A stretch of 64,000 nucleotides of DNA from an uncultured Chloroflexia bacterium (GTDB lineage: Bacteria; Chloroflexota; Limnocylindria; Limnocylindrales; CSP1-4): positions 5,326-69,325 of the forward strand of contig CAWGBA010000008.1 in assembly GCA_963820735.1 (NCBI GenBank), in the 5' to 3' direction. The position numbers were made by a program, and so were the translations under genes. This document shows, in pieces, positions 38,562 through 48,825 of the stretch. Below the pieces are notes generated by a model, which was not told the DNA's origin, did not search any database, and was given only the letters and a program-made list of their open reading frames with translations. Numbering within the stretch: the stretch's first letter is position 1; each line of letters opens with the position of its first letter.

Positions 38562-38816
38562 ATGATTCGGCGGATTACCGGGATCGTCCTTGGGGTGGTC
38601 GCTTTCTTTATCGTCTACTGGCTCACCGGTGGGTTCGCGACACCGGCCACGCCCAACTGGGCTCTGTCGGTTCTCGTCGGTTTGGTGGTGGCACTCATCT
38701 GGCCGTGGATCATGGGCCTGATCGTCGTCAGGCGAGCTCGACAGCGCCGTCAGAACGAGGTGGATGCGGAGGTCCAAAAGCAACTCGCCACCCAGCAGAA
38801 GACACCACCCTCTTGA
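38562..38816 (+). CDS. Small two-TM hypothetical protein
   Basis: GGAGG SD; two hydrophobic helices and a basic tail. Confidence 0.7.
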   Translation: MIRRITGIVLGVVAFFIVYWLTGGFATPATPNWALSVLVGLVVALIWPWIMGLIVVRRARQRRQNEVDAEVQKQLATQQKTPPS

Positions 38817-38892
38817 TCCACGGCGAGCACGCCGCTCGCATGAAGCTGTCCCCACACAACACGCCGGGCTGCCAACTCCCGGAGACGGACCG

Positions 38893-39003
38893 GCCAACGC
38901 GCTGGTGTTCGGGTCAGTTGCGGTCTATGCGCTGGCGCCCTGCGTGCGGCTGTCTGTCGCCGTGATCAGCTTCTCGACGCTGGTCTCGGCCATACAGGGC
39001 TGA
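38893..39003 (+). pseudogene. 3' fragment of a paralog of 1618-2097
   Basis: ANALVFGSVAVYALAPCVRLSVAVISFSTLVSAIQG* vs ANALVFASVAVYALALCVQLSVAVISFYTLVSAAQS*. Confidence 0.8.
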
Positions 39004-39056
39004 CTTCGGTCCTTGCGACCATCCGAGCCCCCGGCCCCGACCGGGGCGCACATTGC

Positions 39057-40100
39057 TTAATCGCCTTCGGGCAGGATCACGGTCATTCCAGCGAAAGGGT
39101 GCGGCTGATCCATGGATGCCAGCGCCGCAGGCGTGTCGTCGAGTGAGATCGTGCGACCGATGAGGCGGTCGGGCCGCAGCTCTCCGGCGGAGATGCGTTC
39201 CAGCATCGCGGGGTAGTCCGCAGCGGCCATCCCGTGGCTCCCGAGGATGGCAAGCTCCTTGCCGATCACGCGGTCCATGGCAACGGTGGGCGGCCCCGCT
39301 GCGGCCGGCAGCAGCCCGACCTGCACGTGACGGCCCCGTGTGCGAAGCGCGGACAATGCAGCGGCAAGCGTCTGCGGCGAGCCAATCGCGTCCATCGAGA
39401 CGTGCGCGCCACCGTCCGTCACCTCGCGCACGGCCTCCGCTACACCGTCGCGGAAGGGGAGAGCGACCTCCGCGCCGAGAGCCAGGCTCGCGTCGCGCGC
39501 TCGCTGGGCCACGTCGACCGCCACGACCCGGGCACCCTGGGCGGCAGCGATCTGAACGGCGGACAGCCCGACGCCGCCAGCGCCGAACACGACGAACCAC
39601 TCGTCCTTGACGAGGCCCCCGATTCCAAGGACGGCGCGGTACGCCGTCGCGTACCGACAGCCGAGCGAGGCCGCCGTCGTGAATGCCATGTCGTCCGGGA
39701 CACGCACCAGGTTGAAGGCTGCCCGCGGGATGGCCACGAGCGTGGCAAACGATCCCCAGTTCGAGAAGCCAGGCTGGAGTTGGTTCGGGCACGTGGACCC
39801 GTGGCCGGAGCGGCAGCTCTCGCACGCGCCGCACGCGAGGACGAACGGCACGGTCACGCGGTCGCCCCGAGACCAACCCGCGACCGACCGCCCCACCTCG
39901 ACGATCGTGCCCGACAGCTCGTGACCCGGGACATGTGGCAGGGTGATGTCGGGGTCGTGCCCCATCCAGCCGTGCCAGTCGGACCGGCAGAGGCCGGTGG
40001 CTCCGACCCTGACCACGACGGCGTCGTTGTCGCAAGCGGGATCCGGGAGCTCAACCACGGTCGGCGTCTCGGCGAAGGCGGTCACGAGGACGGCACGCAT
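39057..40100 (-). CDS. Zinc-binding alcohol dehydrogenase family protein
   Basis: GLCRSDWH, PGHELSG, CGACESC, FGAGGVG. Confidence 0.93.
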   Translation of the reverse strand: MRAVLVTAFAETPTVVELPDPACDNDAVVVRVGATGLCRSDWHGWMGHDPDITLPHVPGHELSGTIVEVGRSVAGWSRGDRVTVPFVLACGACESCRSGHGSTCPNQLQPGFSNWGSFATLVAIPRAAFNLVRVPDDMAFTTAASLGCRYATAYRAVLGIGGLVKDEWFVVFGAGGVGLSAVQIAAAQGARVVAVDVAQRARDASLALGAEVALPFRDGVAEAVREVTDGGAHVSMDAIGSPQTLAAALSALRTRGRHVQVGLLPAAAGPPTVAMDRVIGKELAILGSHGMAAADYPAMLERISAGELRPDRLIGRTISLDDTPAALASMDQPHPFAGMTVILPEGD

Positions 40101-40270
40101 GCTTCAGCGGCCTCGCTCAAAGGGGACCGACACGCGATCCTCCAGGATGATCACGGAGTTCGATGGTCGGGGACGGTATACACCCCCGTGACCACGCTCG
40201 AGCCGACCCACAATCCGGCCGACGTGATCGATCGATAGCATGGGCGTCGTTGCGCCACTGCCGACAGGAG

Positions 40271-41455
40271 ATGCGCATGGACGCCACTCGACCGACCATC
40301 CCTCCCGAGGAGTTTGCTGACCGCCTGAGGCGGGTCCAAAGGCTCATGCGGGCCGAGGGGCTCGACCTCGTGGTTGCCTATGGCAACGACCGTGCCGTCT
40401 TCGGGGCGGCGCATGTGCGTTGGCTGGCTGACATCCCGGTCCACTTCGAGGCCATGGCCGTCCTGGTCCCGCCGACTGGCAGCCCAGTGCTCGCGTGCGG
40501 GCCCGAGAGCGATCAGTACGCGCTACAGGTTGGCAAGATCCCAGACGTGCGGGTCCTGCGGGAATTCACGCACCCGGACGAGGACTACCCCTTCAGCCGG
40601 ATCGAGGGCCTGCAGGATGTCGTGGATGGGCTGGTGGGTTCAGCCCGGTCCGTGCGGCGACTTGGGGTCGCGGGCAACTCCCTGCTCGACGTCGGCATGG
40701 CAGCTGCTCTCAGGACGGCCGTGCCGGACGCGGAGTGGGTCGACATCGAGCACGAGTTGTGCGGGTTGCGAGCCGTGAAGACGCCCGCCGAGATCGCGGT
40801 GATCCGCCACGCCTACCGTATCGCCGAGGTCGGACTGACGGCCGCCGCGGCAAGCATCCGTCCCGGCGTCACGGAGCGCGCCGTTGCAGCAGAGGCGGAC
40901 GCCGCGATGCGCCGGGCAGGCGCCGAGGGCACCGGGATCGACACCATCGTTGCGTCCGGGCCCAACTCGCGGCCGATCCTCGGTCGCGCCACGTTCCGTG
41001 AGATCGGGCACGATGACCTCGTCGTGCTCACGGTGGCACCTCGATACGAGGGCTACCACGGAGCGATCGGTCGACCCGTCCTGGTGGGTGATCCGGGTCG
41101 CGAGGCGCGTGCCGCACTCGACGCGGCGCGCCGCGCCCAGGACGCGGTCCGGGCCCTCATCCGACCCGGGATCGAGGGCCGCGAGGCCGAGGCCGCCGGC
41201 CGCCGAGTGATGGATGCCGCCGGCCTCGGAGCTAATTTCCTGTACTCGGGCATCCACAGCGTCGGCGTCATCGAGTTCGAGCCGCCGATCTTCGGGCCCA
41301 CCAGCACGGGGATCCTGGGCGCCGGGATGGTCCTCTCCGTCGACATCCCGGTGTTCAACGCACCGTGGGGTGGGCTTCGCGTGGAGGACGGGTTCCTCGT
41401 AACAGCTGACGGCGCCGAGCGGCTCGACGAGGCTCCGTACGATCTGCGCGCCTAG
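40271..41455 (+). CDS. M24 family (Xaa-Pro-like) peptidase
   Basis: RAVKTPAEI, TIVASGPN, HSVGVIEFEPP, LRVED. Confidence 0.9.
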   Translation: MRMDATRPTIPPEEFADRLRRVQRLMRAEGLDLVVAYGNDRAVFGAAHVRWLADIPVHFEAMAVLVPPTGSPVLACGPESDQYALQVGKIPDVRVLREFTHPDEDYPFSRIEGLQDVVDGLVGSARSVRRLGVAGNSLLDVGMAAALRTAVPDAEWVDIEHELCGLRAVKTPAEIAVIRHAYRIAEVGLTAAAASIRPGVTERAVAAEADAAMRRAGAEGTGIDTIVASGPNSRPILGRATFREIGHDDLVVLTVAPRYEGYHGAIGRPVLVGDPGREARAALDAARRAQDAVRALIRPGIEGREAEAAGRRVMDAAGLGANFLYSGIHSVGVIEFEPPIFGPTSTGILGAGMVLSVDIPVFNAPWGGLRVEDGFLVTADGAERLDEAPYDLRA

Positions 41456-41622
41456 CGTCGAGAAGCGCACGCGAAGGTCATTCGGAGGCGCGCGGACACG
41501 CCTCTACGCCAAAGGATCGAGATTCGACCGACCTTTCAGCGCAACCCCAGCGGTCCTTGACCGGCCTCTGTTCCGATGTGTCGCGGTGGCAACCGCCACT
41601 GTCGACATGGAGGATCTGGGCG

Positions 41623-42111
41623 ATGCGCAAACTCATCGGATTGGCTGCCGGCCTGGTGCTACTCGCGTCGGTGGCGATTGCGCCACAAGCCCTCGCAACG
41701 CCTGCGGTGGGCGTCCAGAGCAAGACGCTTGCCACCGGTCATTTGCCGGCGGTCAGCGCACTGACGGAGACCGGACCGTGGCAGTCACTGCTTTGGACCA
41801 ACACGGACTCGACCCTGACCGTGACCGAGAACGATGTGGCACCCGGCGGCACCTTCGGCTGGCACAGCCACCCCGGGCCCAGTCTCGTCATCGTGGAGTC
41901 CGGAACGCTCACGTTCTACGACGGTGACGATCCCTCGTGCAGTCCCACGGTCGAGACTGCCGGCGACGCCTTCGTGGACCCCGGCAATCACGTTCACATG
42001 GGCGTCAACACGGGCACGGACCCGGCTGTCGTACTGGTGACGCGCCTGGTCCCGGTGGACGCAACGTCTGCCCGGATCGATCAGGACGCGCCATCGCAGT
42101 GCCAACTCTAG
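41623..42111 (+). CDS. Secreted cupin-domain protein
   Basis: Signal peptide; GWHSHPGPSLVIVESG, NHVHMG. Confidence 0.85.
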   Translation: MRKLIGLAAGLVLLASVAIAPQALATPAVGVQSKTLATGHLPAVSALTETGPWQSLLWTNTDSTLTVTENDVAPGGTFGWHSHPGPSLVIVESGTLTFYDGDDPSCSPTVETAGDAFVDPGNHVHMGVNTGTDPAVVLVTRLVPVDATSARIDQDAPSQCQL

Positions 42112-42183
42112 GGAACGAACGGCGCCGGGCGGCCCAGTTGGGTCGCCCGGCCGTCGGGCCTCGCGTCCGCGCGTTAGAACGAC

Positions 42184-44334
42184 CTACTCCGACCCCGGAG
42201 CAGTGGTCGTGCTCGCTCGAGGAAGCAGGCGGCCCAGGCGAGCGGGTAGCCACCAGTTGCGCCGCCCGAATAGATGCATGGCGGCCGGAACAAGGATGGT
42301 CCTCAGCAGCACAGCGTCGAGCAGGATCGCCGTCGCCAGCGCGAGCCCGAACTCGCCGATCGGTCGCCGGCCGCCGAGGACGAACGCGAGGAACACGGCG
42401 ATCATGATGGCTGCGGCCGCCGTAATCACACGCCCGGTCTCGGTTAGGCCGGTCCGGACCGCGTAGTCGTTGTCGCTGGTGCGGATCCATTCCTCATGGA
42501 TCCGACTCACCAGGAAGACCTGATAGTCCATCGACAGCCCGAAGAGGATCGCCACGAGCATCACGGGCAGGAATGCCTCGATCGGCCCTGGCCGTCCGAG
42601 CCCCAGCGCCTCCGATCCCCATCCCCACTGGAAGACCGCGACCACGACACCCACCGACGCTGCCGCTGCCAGCAGGTTCATGAGGGCTGCGGTCAGCGGG
42701 ATGACGATGCTTCGGAACGCCACCATCAAGAGCAGGCAGCCGAGCAGCACGACGACGAGGACAAACAGAGGCAACTTCCCGGCGAGCCCGTCCGCGAAGT
42801 CCTGAAAGATCGCGGTCTGGCCACCGACATAGACGCGCAGACCGGTGCCGACTTCGGAGACCGGGATGACATCGCGACGGAGGGCGTCGATCAGTGCGGC
42901 CGTGTCGGTCGACTCGGGTGCCGTCGACGGGATGACCTTCAGCAGCCAGATATCTCCGCCAGGGATGGGCGTAGGGGTCGAAACCGTGGCGACCCCCGGG
43001 GTCGATCGGATGGTCGACGCGAGGCCGATGAGGGCGGCCTGGTCCGCTTGCGCCGGGGCCTCGGCCACGAGCGTCAGTGGCCCGTTCGAGCCCGGGCCGA
43101 AACCGAGCGCGAGAAGGTCGTACGCCTTGCGCGTGGTGGACCCTGCCGGGTCATTGCCCTGGTCGGACGATCCGAGACGGAGGGACAGGGCCGGGACCAG
43201 GAGAATCACCATGATGGCGGTGGATGCGATACCAAGCGCCACAGGGTGGCGTTGCACCAGCGCCGCCCACGCCGCCCAGCGTCGTGACTCGCCGGGCTTC
43301 ACGACGCCGCCGGCGAGACGGCGACGCTCGCCCCGGCTGAGCACGCGCGCACCGAGTATGCCGAACAGCGCCGGCAGGAGCGTGATTGCGGCGACGACCG
43401 AATAGAGGACGACGATCGCGGCGGCGATACCGACCCCGGTGAGGAAGCTGACCTGCAGGACCGCCAGCCCAAGCATGGCAACGGCGACCGTACCGCCCGC
43501 GAAGACGACCGCACGCCCCGATGTGGCGATGGCGCGCGCGGCCGCGTCCTCAGTCGTCAAACCTGCGCTCAGGCCGCTGCGATGCCGGACCACCACGAAG
43601 AGCGCGTAGTCGATGGCGACACCAAGTCCGATCAAAGCCGCCACCGTCGGAGCGAGCGCATTGACCGGCAGGAAGTGGCTGAGCAGCGCGATGGTCTCCT
43701 CGCCGGTACCCACGGCGAACAGCGCGGCGATCAAGGGTGTGGCCGCCGACAGCAGCGATCCGAATGCGATGAGGAGCACGATCGCGGCGATGCCGATGCC
43801 CACGAGTTCGCTCCCAGACGTCGGGCTGCCCTTCAGACTCTGGAAGCCGAGGCCGCCGAATTCGACGTCCAGGGACGGGCTGAGCACGGAGGCCGCTTCC
43901 GACACGAGCGGCTGGACGTCCGACTGGGTCAGGTCCTGGTTCTGCTCACGGAAGGTCACGACCGCGAACGCCACCGTGTCGTCCGCGCTGAGTTGCGCGC
44001 CGCCAGGAGAAGCGAACGGGCTGGTGACCTCACTGACCAGTGGAAGTGTGCCGACGGATGCAAGCATCGCCTCGATGCCGGCCCTGATCTGGGGGTCGGT
44101 GATGCGTCCGGCCGTGCTGTGGAAGACGATGGTGTCGTCGCTGGCCGGGACGCCGAGCCCGCCCGCAGCGAGCAGGTCGAGCGCGCGCGTGGATTCGGTT
44201 CCCGGCAACGTGAAGCCATTCGCGAAATCGGTGCCGAGAGCGCGGCTGGCGATCGCCGTCCCGCCCAGCAGAAGGACCCAGGCAGCGAGGACCGTGAACC
44301 GGTGCCGGACACACCATCGGGCGATGCGAGTCAT
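42184..44334 (-). CDS. MMPL/RND family transporter
   Basis: GLGVAIDYALFVV, FGLSMDYQVFL, two TM bundles. Confidence 0.93.
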   Translation of the reverse strand: MTRIARWCVRHRFTVLAAWVLLLGGTAIASRALGTDFANGFTLPGTESTRALDLLAAGGLGVPASDDTIVFHSTAGRITDPQIRAGIEAMLASVGTLPLVSEVTSPFASPGGAQLSADDTVAFAVVTFREQNQDLTQSDVQPLVSEAASVLSPSLDVEFGGLGFQSLKGSPTSGSELVGIGIAAIVLLIAFGSLLSAATPLIAALFAVGTGEETIALLSHFLPVNALAPTVAALIGLGVAIDYALFVVVRHRSGLSAGLTTEDAAARAIATSGRAVVFAGGTVAVAMLGLAVLQVSFLTGVGIAAAIVVLYSVVAAITLLPALFGILGARVLSRGERRRLAGGVVKPGESRRWAAWAALVQRHPVALGIASTAIMVILLVPALSLRLGSSDQGNDPAGSTTRKAYDLLALGFGPGSNGPLTLVAEAPAQADQAALIGLASTIRSTPGVATVSTPTPIPGGDIWLLKVIPSTAPESTDTAALIDALRRDVIPVSEVGTGLRVYVGGQTAIFQDFADGLAGKLPLFVLVVVLLGCLLLMVAFRSIVIPLTAALMNLLAAAASVGVVVAVFQWGWGSEALGLGRPGPIEAFLPVMLVAILFGLSMDYQVFLVSRIHEEWIRTSDNDYAVRTGLTETGRVITAAAAIMIAVFLAFVLGGRRPIGEFGLALATAILLDAVLLRTILVPAAMHLFGRRNWWLPARLGRLLPRASTTTAPGSE

Positions 44335-44394
44335 TCCTGCACGCCCTCCGCACGGGCCCATTGAGCCCGGTCCTCGGAAATCGATGACCCGACT

Positions 44395-44868
44395 CTAGGC
44401 ATTCGGAGCCTCCTTGCTCGACCAGAGGAAATGGCGTCGCAACGGGGGCCGGGTGAGCAAGGCGAGTGCGGCCACGTCGACCACGATCCACGCGACGAGT
44501 GATGTGGTCGCCTCCGTCGCCGTCAGGTCGAGACCCCCGGGTGGCCCGATCGCGAGGTTGATGACCAGCCCACCGACGAAATCGAAGAGCGACAGCGACA
44601 GCCACACGATGCCGCCCACCCAGACGCCCAGTCCGGTCAGCCGCCACAAGGCGAGGGCCATGACGGGGGCCGTGATGCCGAATGCGAAGTCCGCGAGGGC
44701 AGGAAAGAACCAGGCGCCGGCCGCTGGGCTGTTCAGCGGATCCAGTGCGACGCCAAGTGCGGCGATGCGAAACGTCTGTACCAGGACGAGGCAGCACACC
44801 ACGACGAGGGCCGACGGGCGGGTGACGGGCTGTTCTCTCGGGGCTGCCTGCATCGGTCCACCCTGCAC
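44395..44868 (-). CDS. Hypothetical membrane protein
   Basis: Four hydrophobic helices; upstream of MMPL. Confidence 0.7.
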   Translation of the reverse strand: MQGGPMQAAPREQPVTRPSALVVVCCLVLVQTFRIAALGVALDPLNSPAAGAWFFPALADFAFGITAPVMALALWRLTGLGVWVGGIVWLSLSLFDFVGGLVINLAIGPPGGLDLTATEATTSLVAWIVVDVAALALLTRPPLRRHFLWSSKEAPNA

Positions 44869-45028
44869 GACAGCATCCGTCGGGTCATCCGCCCACGGGG
44901 CTCTCTACCCGTGATCGTTCCGCGGTACGACGGACATCCCTTGAGCCGGCGGGGTACTGCCCACGTCGTATGCGGCCGTACGCCACGGGTTGCATGACAG
45001 CGGAGCGAGCGGGCTCTACGGTTGACGG

Positions 45029-46192
45029 ATGAAGCCGTTGGCGCGTCGACACCTCGAACGGGTCACGCTGGCGGATGCGGTGTCCGCCGTCGGAGTCGCA
45101 GCGGCGACCATCCTCGTTGCGTCGTACCTGTCCGGCGGCCACGACCCGGATCCCCTCGGCGATGTCCTGCTCGCCGCATCGGCAGTGCCGCTGGCCCTGC
45201 GGCGCTCGGCTCCGGTGGCGTCCCTTGCTGCCATCGTCGTGCTCGCTGTCGCATACGCCGCGGTCAACGGACCAAACGCGGTGTATGCCCTGCCGCTGGG
45301 CGTCGCGCTCTATGCCGCCACGTCAGCCCGCGGCTGGCGGGTGGCTGCCACGGCGGTCGCGATGGTCGCGCTTGGTTCGCTCGTCGTCGGGTCCGTCACG
45401 GGACATGCCCATCTCGGAGACATGGGCAATGCCACCTGGGTCGCCGGATGGCTCGTGGCCAGCATCGTCCTGGGCGAGGAGAGCCGGGCGCGCCGTCAGC
45501 TGGTGCGTCAGGCCGAGCAACGAGTGGTCGAGGCGGAGCGCACACGAGAGGCCGAGGCCGTCAGGCGGGTCGGCGAGGAACGCATCAGGATCGCGCGAGA
45601 GCTCCATGACGCCCTGGCCCATCGCATCTCGGTCATCAACGTCCAGGCGAGCGCAGGCCTGCACCTGATGGATCGGCAACCCGAACAGGCACGTCTCGCG
45701 CTCACCGCGATCCATTCGGCAAGCAAGGAAGCGCTCGTCGAGCTGCGGGCGACACTCGGCGTGTTGCGTCAGGCGGACGAGCGAGAGCCGAGACCGCCGG
45801 ATCCCGGTCTGGCCCAGCTCGACGGGATCATCGAGGACGCCCGCTCCACGGGGCTGAGCGTGTCCATGTCGGTGGATGGGGCGCCCCGCGTCCTGCCTGC
45901 AGGCGTGGACCTGGCAGCCTACCGAATCGTGCAGGAGTCACTCACCAATGTGATCCGACACGGGCACGCGGCCACGACTCGGATCGCCATCGCATACCGC
46001 TCGAGGGACCTGACGATCGATGTCCAGGACAACGGCGCCGGGAACGGGACCTCGCCCGCGGGCGCACTCGGCAGCGGGCTGATCGGCATGCGCGAGCGCG
46101 CAGCCGCCCTCGGCGGGGAGGTCGAGGCAGGACCGGTCAGCGGCGGCGGGTTCCGCGTCCACGCACGCCTACCCATCGATCGCGTCACATGA
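45029..46192 (+). CDS. Sensor histidine kinase (HisKA_3, NarX/LiaS type)
   Basis: ERIRIARELHD, ESLTNVIRH, DNG, GSGLIGMRER. Confidence 0.93.
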   Translation: MKPLARRHLERVTLADAVSAVGVAAATILVASYLSGGHDPDPLGDVLLAASAVPLALRRSAPVASLAAIVVLAVAYAAVNGPNAVYALPLGVALYAATSARGWRVAATAVAMVALGSLVVGSVTGHAHLGDMGNATWVAGWLVASIVLGEESRARRQLVRQAEQRVVEAERTREAEAVRRVGEERIRIARELHDALAHRISVINVQASAGLHLMDRQPEQARLALTAIHSASKEALVELRATLGVLRQADEREPRPPDPGLAQLDGIIEDARSTGLSVSMSVDGAPRVLPAGVDLAAYRIVQESLTNVIRHGHAATTRIAIAYRSRDLTIDVQDNGAGNGTSPAGALGSGLIGMRERAAALGGEVEAGPVSGGGFRVHARLPIDRVT

Positions 46193-46863
46193 TCCGCGTC
46201 GTCCTGGCGGATGACCAGACGCTCGTTCGGGCTGGCTTTCGGGCCATCCTGGCAGCCGAGGACGATATCGAGGTCGTCGGGGAAGCGGCCGACGGCCACG
46301 CGGCGGTGGCGGTGGCGACGCGCGACCGTCCTGACGTGGTCTTGATGGACATCCGGATGCCCGAACTCGACGGCCTTGAAGCGACTCGGCTGATCGCCCG
46401 CGACCCCCGACTCGAGACCGTCAGAATCGTCATCCTGACCACGTTCGAGACGGATGAGTACGTGTATGCAGCGATCCGCGCGGGGGCCAGTGGGTTCCTC
46501 GTCAAGGACACGGACCCGGCCGACCTGCTGCGTGCCGTGCGCGTAGTGGCCCGCGGTGACGCGCTCCTGGCGCCGAGCGTCACCCGGCGTCTGATCGCCG
46601 ATGTCGCTGCGCGAACCCACTCCTCCGGGCCGATACCGAGCCTCGCAGGGGTCACGGAACGCGAATCCGAGATCCTTAGCCTCGTTGCCGGTGGCCTTTC
46701 GAACGACGAGATCGCCGACCGCCTCGTCATCAGCCCGTTGACGGTAAAGACGCACATCAGCCGCGTGATGGGCAAGTTGGCCGCACGGGATCGCGCCCAG
46801 CTCGTTGTGTTCGCCTATGAGTCGGGGCTGGTCAGCCCGAACAGGGCGCTCCGCGACCGGTGA
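46189..46863 (+). CDS. NarL/LuxR family response regulator
   Basis: LADDQ, DVVLMDIRMP, GFLVKD, TVKTHI...RDRAQLV. Confidence 0.95.
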   Translation: MIRVVLADDQTLVRAGFRAILAAEDDIEVVGEAADGHAAVAVATRDRPDVVLMDIRMPELDGLEATRLIARDPRLETVRIVILTTFETDEYVYAAIRAGASGFLVKDTDPADLLRAVRVVARGDALLAPSVTRRLIADVAARTHSSGPIPSLAGVTERESEILSLVAGGLSNDEIADRLVISPLTVKTHISRVMGKLAARDRAQLVVFAYESGLVSPNRALRDR

Positions 46864-47023
46864 GAGGGTCCATGTCAATCGAGCTCGTCGCTCGGCGGTC
46901 ATGTAGGGAACCGAGGGGGTCGGTCGAGCAAGGGTGTCTCTTCTATGGCACTGCCACGATGGGCGTCCAGTACCGCGTGCGGTGACCCTGAGGAAGGAAG
47001 GAACGCCCGGCGCACGCTCTTGA

Positions 47024-47818
47024 TCAAGCGAGCTGCACCCACGTCGTGCCGCCCTTGCAGAACCAGAGGCGCCTGGTGGCGTCCACGAACAGGTCGCCAA
47101 CCTGGCCGCTCGTGGGATGTGTGGCAGCGGTGGATGGCACCAGGCTGACCTGCGCTGCTCCGCCGCTGAACAGGCCACCGCGTCCGGCAGCCGCGGTTCC
47201 CTGGACGCCGACCCCTGTGGGGCTGTCCGCCATGCCCAGAATTCCAGGAGTCTGGCCGGTGCTGGCAGTGGCAAGGCCCATGACTGCCGCCTGGCTCGAT
47301 GGCCTGGAGACCTGCCCGAACACCCCACATCCGCCAGTTCGACTGCTGTGGCCAAAGACCCCAACTCTTGCGGGCGGAGCGGGCTGGGAGCCGTCGCCGC
47401 TCCGGCCATAGACCCCGGTCGACTTCGTGCTACTGCCGAAGACCCCGGTGCCCGTGCCGCTCTGTCCACGGATCGCATCGTCCGATCCGCTCGTGGCCCA
47501 GACACCGACACCCGTTCCGGACTGGGCGAAGACGCCGCTACCGGACGCGCTCATTCGGCGTAGACGGCGTCGGCACTGTGACTGGAGGCGGAGACCGCGA
47601 TCCCTCGGCCGGAGGCGGGAAAGCCGGTCCCGGTGGACACTTGCGGCCTCGATCACGACGACCCGCGTCTTCGTTGTTGATGTATTGGACATGGTCCGTG
47701 GAGGCCTGTGCCGGGAGTGGCCGCGCCAGGGCACTTACCACCGTCGCTGCGGCCGCTCCGGCCGCGGCGCCCAACAGGGCTCGGCGGGAACGCTTCGGAT
47801 CGTAGTGCTCAGCCATGG
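47024..47818 (-). CDS. Tat-signal Gly-rich secreted protein, paralog 3 (several indels at 47550-47670)
   Basis: MAEHYDPKRSRRALLGAAAG in one frame; GVFG repeats and GDLFVD...LWFCKG in another. Confidence 0.7.
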
Positions 47819-47834
47819 CCGGAATCCTCTGCGG

Positions 47835-47885
47835 CGGTTGGCTCGTGGCGATCCTGGGGGACCGCACTCATCGGCCTCCGCGTCT
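47835..47885 (-). promoter_or_regulatory. Conserved 51-nt leader with covarying hairpin (copy B)
   Basis: See 28230-28280. Confidence 0.55.
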
Positions 47886-47997
47886 GTGGCGCAATCGTCG
47901 GGCGCACGTCAACCGGGCGCGCGAGCAGTGTCGTTGCCGTGATGGATGCGGCGAGAGCTCCTACGACGCACCGCCATCGACGGTCACCGCGGCACCG

Positions 47998-48790
47998 TCA
48001 GGGGGATGGCGACGCCATCTGTGCCTGGACGTCGATGAGAGGCTGCTGGCTGACCTGCAGGAAGCCCTCGCGCGGCCGGTCGAGATCGGTGATCAACGTG
48101 ATCACGGCGCCCAGCACCACGATCAACACGATGGCCGTCGTGAGACTTCGGCGGCGCGTGAGTCCTGCCACGTACCCGACCATGGCAAGAGTGAGCATCG
48201 AGCCTCCGAAGGTCAGCAGGATGACGCTCTCGGGCACGCGTGCATACGCGAGCGCCGTGAGCCGCGTCTCCCCGATGTCGATGAGGTTGTTGAGCGAGTC
48301 GATATAGAGCGCCAGCATCTCCGACTCGCTGTCGGCCTTGGCCAGTGGTTCGGCGATGTTCCAGAGCTGTGACTGGAGTTGGTTCGACGCCGTGATGTTC
48401 GCTTCGAGTCGATCATCGCTGACTGATGAAACGCGCAACGGCGCGTATTCGCGGAGGATCTGGCGGCTCTCGTCGGACGCCGGCTGCGGGAGGAATCCGC
48501 GCGCAGGTAGGCGGTGCCGATCGCATTGGCCTCGTCGATCACCAGTTGGCGGCGATTGTCGAAGCGGTCCGATGCCATCCCCACCGTGATCGCCAGCAGG
48601 AACGCCATGAGTGCCAGGAGCGACCCGACCAGTGTGCCGGCAGGGCCTTCCTTCTCCTCCGGCGTGCGGTTCTGGCGCCAACGACCGATCCGGAACCCGA
48701 TCTCGTATGCAACGAGCGACAGCCCCGCGAACAGCACGAACACACCAAGGACCGGTATGGGGTCGAACAACTGCTGCGAGATCACCGCTG
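47998..48790 (-). CDS. DUF4239/bestrophin-like membrane protein, frameshift ~48500, start approximate
   Basis: LLAFLLAITVGMASDRFDNRR...EANAIGTAYLRA, then FLPQPASDE...DLDRPREG in the next frame. Confidence 0.75.
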
Positions 48791-48825
48791 CCCTCCGAGC
48801 GCAAATGCTTCCGCCACGCGCGCCG